DNA from: Rhizophagus irregularis | Lineage: Eukaryota | Direction: 5' to 3' | Assembly: GCF_026210795.1 (NCBI RefSeq) | Contig: NC_089430.1 | Span: 2,604,001-2,668,000, forward strand | Length of the DNA stretch: 64,000 nt | Shown here: positions 53,415-64,000 of the stretch, in pieces | Layout: each line of letters starts with the position of its first letter | Position numbering within the stretch: position 1 is the stretch's first letter | Notes under the pieces: generated by a model | The model's input: only the letters and a program-made list of their open reading frames with translations | Database searches by the model: none | Told to the model about the DNA's origin: nothing | Made by a program: the position numbers and the translations under genes

Positions 53415-54699
53415 TTAATCATTGCTATTTCTAACCAAATCAAGTACACTATTGTCTTCTTCTTCTTCATCACTCATATCCTCTTCCCTTTCAAACAATG
53501 AAACATCAACCGTAACATCTCCTTCCTCCATATATGTCATATCTGATTTAGCAAGAGATTCATCTTGTTCAAATAATTGTCTTCCTATATATAAACATAT
53601 TAATTAATTAATTTAATAAAGAATGAAATTAAATTATTATTATTTATTTTTTATTTTTGGTAAATAAACGAATTTACCCGTGAGTTTTAATTTTTTAGCT
53701 TCTTCTTTCTTTATAGCAGCTAAACTTTTAGTTGCTTTTTCTTTTTCTTCTAATTCTTTATCAAAATTTTCCTTCCATTCCAAAAATGATGCAACCGTAA
53801 CTTTTGTTCCTTGAAATTTTGCTTGTTCTGCCTACCATCATAAGAAAAGTGAATATTAATAAATAGTACTATTATGAAATAAATAAATAAATTATTTATA
53901 TTTTTAATTCACCTCAATTTCTTTCCTAATTTTATCCTCTTCTACTTTCTTTCTCTTTTCCCTTCTTTCTATCACAAATGATGTCAGTAAATCTTTAAGT
54001 AATGATGATAATGTAAACACCATTGCCATCCCCAATGAATCTTGTGCCTAAATTAGAGCACGTTACAAGAAAAAAAAACCTTCCAACAATGGGAAGGCAG
54101 GATCCCAAAAATTTCAAAAATCAAATACGGATAAATAAATAAAAAAAATATTATATATATATTAATTTAAAGGAGACGTTACCACATTCATCAACTCTGA
54201 ATATAATTTCTCACGTTCATCAATTTCAATAGATCCATCTATCGTTTCTATTGATATTTCTGGAACTTCTTCCGGATAAGTTGGTGTAAATTTTATGTAT
54301 AATCCTAAAGTTACTTTTTATTTAATGAATCGAAAATCAATTTATGTTTGAGGAAAAAAAAACAAATGTTTAAATATATGTATATATAAAATTAAATAAA
54401 AACCTTACGCGGTGTTGTACTATCTTGTTCTTCAGGTTCGAGTCGAATACGAAATTCTCCTTCCGAAATTTCTAAAAGAGTAATTTTAAAAAAATTAATT
54501 AATATAGAAATATTATTACGAGCGCATTTAAATATTATAAAAAAGTACCCTCAAATTCTTCTGGATAAATCGATTTCAACACTTCTAATTCTTGTTCTTG
54601 CTCTTCCTTATGATCTTTTTTTTTTAATTTATAAGAAAAAAAAATTATTTTGCCATGATTTAATGAATATATATATAATTAAAAAAAAAACTGACCCAT
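53415..54699 (-). CDS. GIR2: RWD-domain protein (GIR2/RWDD1)
   Basis: M/DHKEEQEQELEVLKSIYPEEFE...FTPTYPEEVPEI...SLGMAMVFTL...KFQGTKVTVASFLEWKENF...KLT/GRQLFEQDESLAKSD and an acidic tail. Confidence 0.9.
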
Positions 54700-55541
54700 G
54701 ATTTTTAGGTTTTTTTTTTGAAAAAAAAAAATAATATAAAATAAGAAAATGATGGATAAAATCGTTTATCGTTGATTCTAATTGGCTGTTTATTGGGTAT
54801 GGTGAGTTATATCAACTTGGCGCGTGACTTTTGATAAACTCTGAATCACAAAAATATAATAGTTTAGGCTGTTTAGCTAATTATATTCAACTTAATGTTA
54901 ATTAACCATTTCGATCACTTTTCTACAATAAAAAATCTTTAATTGTAGTAGCATTAAGCGCAATATCTAGTTTTTTTATGTATATATACGTATATTAATT
55001 TCCTGATTTAAAGAGCGTAGATAATTTACGATCGAAATTATCAGAAAAGAAAAAAGAGCCAAAAGCATCGATGAACGTTTTAGCAGAAATGAAATTTATA
55101 TTACATTTAAGATTCACATGAAAAGTGTATACGAATACAGTATATAAAAGTTGATTGATTGATATACTGTAACTACATTTTTGATGCTTATATTGCTGAG
55201 ACATGTTGACATATTTTGAATACAACGATTAACAAAATAAGAGTGAGCGAACTGAACAATTGGAAGGTTCTAAATTTAATCAGAGAAGCGTCAAGGAGGA
55301 GCAAGATTAATTAGTATTGATAATTCTCATCAATAACGATTTGTAAACCCTGACGGCTTTTTTTTTCAGCGTACTACAAAGGCCGGAAAAATAATTTCGT
55401 CATGAAAAATCAAGGGTATCTTGTTACAAGCCGGATCAATTCTTAATAAATCAATAAATTTTTTTTATTTGAATAATTATTATACATATTAAATTATTTG
55501 TTAAATTATTATTAAATTATTATTAAATTATCGACTTTACT

Positions 55542-55832
55542 ACACCACTGGTGCTCAACACCATAGTATGCGTTTTCATGAAAACTATAGCTTAAACTAA
55601 TAATTAAAATTGTTCAGCACCCTTGAAAATGATCAGGAAAAGTTTACTTGTTACTTTTTTACCACAAATATTGCAAAATAAAAAAAAAATTGAGAAACTA
55701 AGAAAAATATATGTGAAGTATATGCTACATATTTTATTAATGGAAACATCTAATTTGACTAATAATATATAATAAAAAAAAAATAAAAAAAATAATAATA
55801 CATATAACTGTGGTGTTGAACACCAGTGGTAT
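55542..55832. mobile_element. MITE of about 290 bp with TIRs of about 25 bp, between (aaattattatt)n tracts
   Basis: accactggtgctcaacaccatag versus ctgtggtgttgaacaccagtggt. The same 11-bp AT microrepeat lies on both flanks. Confidence 0.7.
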
Positions 55833-55930
55833 GATTTATAATTCTATAAATTATTATTAAATTATTATTAAATTATTATTAGTTAATTTCATCCATATAC
55901 TCTAAATCATAAATTACTAATCTCGTTTTT

Positions 55931-58145
55931 TTAAGCTTTTTCTTCCATTTCATTCTTAGCGAAATTATTAGCATCTTCTATACCTTTCTCCACATTAACA
56001 GTTAAAAAAATCAAAAAAGGAAACAATAATGAAAAAGCTAAAAACCAGAATCCACTTCTTGTATCATGAGTAGCACTAGATATAGCACCTGTTATCAAAG
56101 GACCTAACCAACTGGATCCCTACGTAAAAAAAAAGGAAAGATAATTTTTTTAAATAAGTAATTAATATATTACATAAAATAATTTTATAATTGTTATATA
56201 TACCTTTGCTGTAATTAAAAACAGTGAAAAGAATTCATTCTCATGTCCTCTTGGTATTAAACGACAAAACAAAGTTTGACAATAAGATTGCACACTACCT
56301 AAACTTAATCCAAAATAAACAGTAAATAACCAAACTTCCCATTTTTCTTTTAACCCAAATGGTAATACAAATCCTAATAATGCATATACGGGTACCATTA
56401 TTATTAAGAATGAATTAATTAATATCATTGTTTTTATGGATAATTTAAAAACTTTTTCTATTAAACGAAAGAAATAAACTCCGATTGCTGCAGATAATGG
56501 AACAACAATTCCTATTATAATTAAATCTTTATCCTCAAGATCAAGATTTACTTTTCCAAATAAAGCAGCTAATGGGGCTATAGTATTTATTCCATCACTT
56601 AAAAAAAACCAAGCCATTAAAAATTTCATAGTTTGCCACAAATTCTTTGTTGATAAAATTGTTTTAAAGGTTCTTTTGAAGGAGTACAAAAATATATTTT
56701 CAGTGCTAAAAATAAAAAAAGAAGGAATAAACATAAATTAGATATTAAATTTTCTTTTAACTGAATTAAAATATATTTATTTATTTACTTACCTTGGTAA
56801 AGGAGGTCGTGGATGTGTTTTTAATAAAAGTAAAGGGGCAGTTAATCCAACTAACCACCAGCCACCACCAAAAGATATAGCATATTGTAATCCAAAATCA
56901 GGTGAATTTATCCCAAGAACAATACCTAATCCTATAAATATTACCAATAATCCTGCTACAAATCCTATACTCGTACTAGCTGCTGATAAACTTGTTGAAA
57001 TTTCTTCTTGAGTTTTTATTAAATTTTCTTTGGATGGATCCGTTTTTTTTAGTGATAACACTTTTGGATGTATACGTGAATATATTGGAATGTATGCTAA
57101 GTAAAATACGTATGCTGCACCATAACAACAGTTCCTAATAAAAATAATTGAAGAAATTAAAAAGTGATGCCAAATATATTGATAAAGTATATACTGATAC
57201 TTACGAGATTATAGTTAATATGCCTGCAATCCAATACCATTCTGAAATAAAAAAAAAAAATATGCGAATAAATTAAAATTATATTTTAATGAAGAGCGAT
57301 TCATCGGTTTACTAATAATTGTGCATACCACTTTGATCCCCAGCTTTTAGTAACAGAGAGAAAAGACCTGTAGCAATGGCTCCAGTATATGAATAAAACA
57401 GAAGAAATTTCTTTCGGTTCGCTGATATAAAAAAAAAAATCATTATTATATGATTTAATAAAATATATTATATGCTGTTTTATTAAAAGTTTGTAATTAC
57501 CTCCGTGATCAGCTAATGCACTACCACCAATAAATAAAAAACATTGAAAAAGTACGGATAGTGCAATTATATATAAAGAATAACTTGATGTATCAACATA
57601 TTCAGTTCCAAATTTCACTACGCATTTATAATTTTTTACCGTCTAAATAGATCACGTGAAAAACCATCATTATTAACCGAATTACTAATTGATGGATGAA
57701 AGTAACTAACTAACTTACAGTATTACAGGGAGTAACAAGGTCAAGTTCATAACCAGCTTTTCCTGCAAGATTTTCAAGTACAACTGGAATAAATACTAAA
57801 AAATAATAATATATAGCATATATATAAATATTAAATATAAGATATTTTTTTCGAATTTTTCTTGATAATAAAGAATTAATATTTACACCCTATTACTGCA
57901 GTGTCGTAAGCACCGCACTAAATAACAGATAAAAAAGGTTCATCTTTTCTTTCGAAATTTTCATGACCAAAATGATTATAAAAGGGTTAAAAGAAATTTA
58001 CGGCAAAACTGTACGAATACCATCCTCTCAATTCTTTTGTTGTTAAAGGTTCCTTCTCATCGTCTTCGATAATATCTGCAACTATCGTTTCTTCATCCTT
58101 TTCATCCCTTTCCGTTTCGGAATTAGGAGGTAAAATTTCTGCCAT
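55931..58145 (-). CDS. ATG22: Atg22-like MFS vacuolar amino-acid efflux permease
   Basis: TTKELRGWYSYSFA..., VDTSSYSLYIIALSV...ALADHG, AWFFLSDGINT, LIPRGHENEFFSLF, KGSSWLGP; multiple TM helices. Confidence 0.88.
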
Positions 58146-58908
58146 TTTTTAGAAACCAAGTTATTTTATCTAACAAATTTTCCAGCGTGAAAAAGAATTT
58201 AGTTAGTTTAAATTATATGTAAATATTATAACAATAAGTACTAATATAATCAAGTAAATAACATAACTTACTATCTAAAAGAAATTACAAATTTTTTTAA
58301 AAGCAAAAAATGTTTTTTGGAGTTTCATAATTTTAAAATAATTACTGATATATATATAGATAAAAAAACTAACGTAAAAATAATTCAGGGGCACATGTAC
58401 ATAATATCCATTTACGGTTAAACGATATTGAGTTGATGAAAATCTATACAATACAGTTCTTATCCATATACAATTTATTTTTATCTATATACAGTATAGA
58501 TTTTATCTATACTCTATACAGTTTACTTTTTTCAGTAATTCCTTTTACAATTAAGTCTACTTGCCAAGCTTGCCAAGCGGTCGGTTTGATTCCGCAAATT
58601 ATGAACTAGTATTTTTTGCTGAGTATACATATCAAATTTTCGAAAACTCAGATATATATTCGGTTAAACGATATTGAGTATGATATATACCTCCAATGTT
58701 GTATAGTATAGTTGACGAAAATCTATGCAGTATAATTTTTTATCTATACAGTATAATTGTTTACACTATACTATACACCATCGGAGGTATCATACTATAC
58801 AGTATAACAAATATTAAAATATCCAAGAATATATCCGAAAATATTGAAATAATTGAAAATTTTTAAAATTTTTACATGTAACACATATCAGCACACAAAT
58901 TTCGGATG

Positions 58909-59150
58909 ATTTAAATTCAATTATGAAGAAGTTAACTCCGCGCAAATCATAAAATAATTAAAATACTATATTTTGTTACTATAGCATAATTATATAGTAT
59001 TAGCCAGTAAATTATACTCGCATCCTCTGTAGACTCAATTGTGAAAGGTTATACTCTCTACTGGTCAATACAATACAATTGTGCAATACTACTCAATTGT
59101 GCAATACTACTATTCGCGTAGAGTTTACTTCTTCATAATTAAATTTAAAT
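58909..59150. mobile_element. MITE of about 240 bp with TIRs of about 39 bp
   Basis: atttaaattcaattatgaagaagttaactccgcgcaaat versus attcgcgtagagtttacttcttcataattaaatttaaat. Confidence 0.75.
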
Positions 59151-59380
59151 TTGAAAAATCTGTGCATAATTCAATCAACAACTTATAACTATTATTTAAA
59201 AGGTCACCAATGATTATAAGCCAAATTTTTTTCCCACTAGAAATTCTCTCTTTAACTGAACCAATAATTTTATTTTCTTAACCGGTTTCTCTTTCAAAAT
59301 GCAATCTAATGATTTTTGTGATTTATTATGATGTCCCAATTAATCTTATTTGTTAATTATAAAAAATTTTATTTTTTTAG

Positions 59381-60168
59381 ATTGGATTTCATTTTATACT
59401 ATTCCTTGGGTACAAGCGTCATTAAATATTTTACATTCCTTTATCAGTGAAGATATCCAATGTGGCTGAAACTTGCCAAGCAAATGAAAATCGAGACGGT
59501 AAATCGTTATCGCTTGAAGCTGGCAATTTTAAGGTAAAATATTAACTAAGGTTGCGTGCCGTAAGTATTGATTATTATATTTCGAATTACAACCTAAGCG
59601 GGTTGTAATATTATAAACATAAGTTGTAATTTGGTTGTAATACTATGCTATTGTGGTTAACTAAAAGATGATAATTCTGATTTACAACCATTATAATTAC
59701 TTGATTTTTAGACTTACAACTATTTACGGCAGGCAACACTAATATTAACTATTTATTTATTTATTTATTTTTATTATTTAATTAATATTTTATCATTATT
59801 ATTTAGAGCTAAAAAGTATGATAATAGAAATTTCATTACATGTCAAACTCAAGATCAATATGGTATTAGAAAAACCGGGAAAGATCTTGGCGTTGTAACG
59901 CAGTTAGTATTATTTTAAAAGCTGGTGAAATTTTTTATTTACTATATTTATAACTTTATTTTATTTTTATAATAAAAAGAAATTGTTCTAATAAGGTTAA
60001 GCCGTCTGCACTGAAAAAAAAAATCGAAGAAAGTCCCCAAACTTCAACATCATCTGATGATCTTGAAAAAGAAAAACAAATGATTTCTTTGAGAGAGAAA
60101 ATTAGAACTTTGAGAAGGAAAGGTTGGAAATTCTTAAATTAAAGAGAGAATTAGGAGTTATGGAATAG
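59381..60168 (+). pseudogene. Degenerate Mutator-like transposase C-terminal remnant (tentative)
   Basis: Frameshifted exon relics DWISFYTIPWVQASLN...NVAETCQANENRDGKSLSL...AKKYDNRNF. NxAE resembles the DDE catalytic Glu motif. Confidence 0.35.
59547..59741. mobile_element. hAT-type MITE, 195 bp, with a perfect 8-bp TSD
   Basis: TIRs taaggttgcgtgccgtaa / ttacggcaggcaacacta. TSD ATATTAAC at 59539-59546 and 59742-59749. Confidence 0.85.
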
Positions 60169-60823
60169 GTTTTTTTAGACGTGATAAATATTTAAAAAAA
60201 GAAATGCTAAGCGTTTGTTTTTTTTTTATTTCTTATTTAGTATTAGATTAGATATACTTATTTCTTTTTAAATAGGCATCTATTTACCTTTTAACAAAAG
60301 CTTTGATAATTGTTTAGCAATAGACACTTAAAATTATGAAATATAAATATTACAGATTAAAAATAAATAAATGAAAGAAAGCAAATTTTAAAGAAATATT
60401 AAAAATTTTCATTATATTTATAAAATTTGTCGTATTGCGAAATTTTTCCATGAAAAAGGGTATTTTCGGAAATAATACTGGAGTTCCCGGATAAATACCC
60501 TCCACCCCTGAAATATTACGTAATAAATGTCACTGCCCTTACATATTACGGGATTTATTGGGGTAACAAATTGTGAATTTGTAATACATAATTACATACA
60601 CAATTCCTAATTAATCAATGATTTACTGATTTACTCTAAAAGAAATCGCTCTTATTTATTTGTTTGTTACCCAACCTTAATTATTATTAAGAATGAACTA
60701 GAACAATAACTCGAGAAAATTGTGAAAGACATTCATTAGAAAAAGGAATATCTGGATTATCTTCTTTTTTAGAACTAATATAAATGGATATACTTAATTT
60801 CTATAAAAACGATAGAAAATGTA

Positions 60824-60980
60824 CAGTAACATCCCTCTAAGTGCACTCCCCTTGGGACCATAGTAAAAAAAATAGTACGATAGAATGTGCACTTAGAGAG
60901 GGTGTGCATTTATAGAGAGTAAAATATTAAGAGCTCTTATAAGTTGGGACCAGGCCCACCGTGCACTTAAAGAGAATTTA
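60824..60980. mobile_element. Tc1/pogo-like MITE
   Basis: TA|cagtaacatccctctaagtgcac start, mirrored by gtgcacttagagagg and gtgcacttaaagagaattta. Confidence 0.55.
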
Positions 60981-62107
60981 TATAATGCGTACACTTATCA
61001 CATCGAATATTTTAAATGTTAACGAAACGTTCCGAAAATAAAAGAATGTCAAGTTTTCATCAACATTCTCAACAATTACTTCTATGTTCATTATATCGAA
61101 ATAATTACCTAGTAATTTCGAACCGATTTCGTCCCGTTTGCAAAAATTTACCAAACGAGTAGTTTGTCATAATCCCAATCATATTGTCATCATCCAATAG
61201 GAATAGTTTGCAGGTATAAAAAAAAATTCTTGATATTTGATTAGATGTTATATATTTAAGCAAAGTTATTGGTTCGAAGTATCAATTTTTTTTCCTTATA
61301 AAATTTCTAATTATTTTAAGGGGCTAACTTTATTAGGAATTAATTGCACAAATAAATTGATAGGATCTACATAATCTCCAAATGTTCTAACGAATCCAAT
61401 ATGAAATAATTCAATTTATCACTTCTATTCATTAATTCATAACATTGCATGACCATTTAGATCGAAAATTTTGGATTCGGTAATTGATAAAAGTTTTGAT
61501 TTAAATAAAATACGGTTCGATTGTAATTATACTGTAGTTAACTCCATTTGGAATGAATATGATTGGGCGTTAATTGAACCCTGATATTATATTAATATTA
61601 TCGAATGCATATGATTATTAGTTTATTACGAGACCCTTGATAACATTTTTTTTTTCAAAGTTCATATAATACAATAATTGTTTATTTCAAAAATTTTTCT
61701 TTCCTCCATGTTCAATAAACCGATTGGTTTGATTATTTGCTTTTGTTACTACGGATATTTGATCAACCAAAATATTGAAAATTACTAAAATTACTGTAAT
61801 TCAATTACTATTTTGTATTGTTTTAAAGGTTAAAATAACTATAACCAAATATATTATTAGATATGACGCAAAGTGTAGAAACATGTTCAACAATTTGCTG
61901 AAATTACCAAAAAAGTCGGAATTGTTTTAACTTGTTTTAGAAAATGAACTTACCAAAAATACACAAATACAAGTTTTTTGATAAATTTAAAATTACTTTT
62001 CTTACTATTTTAAGGAATTTCTCACAAGAAATCCGTCCTAATTTTTTTCTTTCTTTTTTCTTTCTTTTTTCTTTTTTTTTGTAGAAAAAAAAAAAGAATA
62101 AAATAAA

Positions 62108-63905
62108 ATGACATCCATTAGAAAAGAATTAATTGTCGCTACACTTAATAAAATTGTTTCCTTAACAGATTATAAAATTTATAATGACATAAATAAGCGA
62201 TATGAATTTCAAAAGAAAACAATCCTTGATGATAAATCTCTTACGAAAGTTGAACGGATGGAGGCGATAAACTCATTGACCATATATTATGATTATCAAA
62301 AAGTTCTTTATAATAAAGGAACAAAAAGATTGTGTGAAGAATGTCAACAAATTTGTTTTGCGACATTATATTGTGAACATTGTGTTCGAACCTATTTAAA
62401 AAATAATTTTTCAAATTGGACGTCCGGAAATTATTATATTGATGATTTAATACAAAAATGTCAATTGGAATCTCTTCGCCCGGATCAAATAATTGAATGG
62501 ATACCATATGATAATTTACAAAATATTGAATACATAAGTTCTAAAGTTTATTCGGCAGATTGGATTGATGGAAGATATTATATATGGGATCCTGAGTTGG
62601 AACAATTAAAAAGGTTCGGAATGCATAAAGTGATACTTAAGAGACTAATAAATGTTAACAATGCTAATGAAAATTGGTTTGAAGAGGTATATATTTTTAA
62701 ATATATTCTTTGAATTTTTCTAATAAACTTATTAACAAATATCTTTAAAAATTCTCTAGGCAAAATCAAATTTAACTATAAGTAACAAATATTCAGGAAT
62801 TGTTAGATTTTATGGTCTGACTCAAGATCCATCAAATAATAAAGATTATATGCTTGTTATGTATTTAATGGATAAGAACTTAAAAAGTTATTTACAACAA
62901 CATAAATGTACATGGAAAGAAAAAATAGCCGTGGTATATGATATAATTGAAGCGCTTTATAGGATTCATATTAATAATGCAGTTCATCAAAATTTACATT
63001 CTGGAAATATCTTGTACTCACAAGATAAGAATTTTTGGTATATAAGTGATTTTGGATTTTGTGGACCTGCTGATAAATCAACAAATTATATATACGGAAA
63101 TCTTCCCTATATAGCACCTGAAGCTATGATGGGAAAGGGATATACTTTTGCGTCTGATATATATAGTTTCGGTATACTTATGTGGGAAATTTTATCAGGT
63201 CAAATACCTTTTAATGATCATGAACATAATTATGATCTTGCAATGAAAATAGTTAACGGTATTAGACCAAAGATTGTTTCAAGCATTCCATTAAATTATG
63301 AAAAATTAATGAAACAATGTTGGGACGCTGATCCATTAAAAAGACCTAATACAGCAACCCTTCGTAATAAGATCAAAAAAATGTGGGGAGATTCTTATAA
63401 TGATGATAATGAGTTTAATACTTTAGAATATAATGATTCATCTCAACTTTCTCAAGTTAACTTAAATTCAAATTCAAAATTAAGTTCAAGTTCTAAAATA
63501 AGCTCATTATCAGCTAGTAAACTTTATCAATTTGAAAATTTGCCGGAACCAAGAAATGCAACTGAAGGTAAGATAATAATGTATAAAAACTTTTTATATA
63601 AATCAACTATTAACTCATACTTATTTATTAATATCAATTTAATTAAACACAACAAGAAGGTAAATAATCATTATGATAATTACTTTAATACTTTAAATAT
63701 AATAACTTTATGTACATTTTGATTTTTATAGCGTTTCATAGTAAATCTTATGTACCAGTTGATAACAGTAAGTTTATTTGAGTTAACATTATAAAAATAC
63801 ATTATACTTATCCGTTTTTCATCATTAGTGAAAGAATTTGATAATGACCCGATAGAAAATCAAGATGATTCGGAATCCAAAAGTACTATAATGTTTGAAA
63901 TTTAG
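62108..63905 (+). CDS. TKL-type kinase-like protein, probable pseudokinase; 3' end approximate
   Basis: Paralog of the 37729 kinase with an open frame, but HQNLHSGN replaces HRDLHSGN and the Gly-rich loop is deleted (EYISSKVYSADW). DFG and APE are retained. Confidence 0.85.
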
Positions 63906-64000
63906 ATCTATTTATTTAATTTATTGGTTTCTAATAAAGACATCTTTATTAAAATAGGTATTGATAGCGTTAATGAACCGTATAATCATATATCAAAATC

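Overview
This is very AT-rich, intron-dense eukaryotic DNA. The gene families (expanded TKL-type kinases with Cys-rich N-termini, kinase-Sel1 proteins, many short GT-AG introns, MITEs) point to an arbuscular mycorrhizal fungus (Glomeromycotina, Rhizophagus-like); this is an inference. Bases 1-45 kb form an accessory, birth-and-death region. It holds a tandem array of four apparently intact VIT + von Willebrand A (VWA5A-like) genes and at least three decayed copies. The four share a near-identical scaffold, but each has a different, mostly microexon-encoded linker before the C-terminal helical domain. In copy 2 this linker is a recently expanded, charge-free, nucleoporin-like FG repeat of about 310 aa, reached through a 10-nt frame-setting microexon. 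The same region has a small secreted Cys-rich protein, an MLKL-like 4HB-pseudokinase-Sel1 gene, several TKL kinases or pseudogenes, decayed nuclease-fold genes and many TIR elements. Bases 45.7-58.1 kb are a block of conserved housekeeping genes: a patatin/TGL lipase, a coiled-coil protein, FAHD1-like, RWD/GIR2-like and ATG22-like. MITEs and a likely pseudokinase follow. All exon boundaries were read by eye and no database searches were run.
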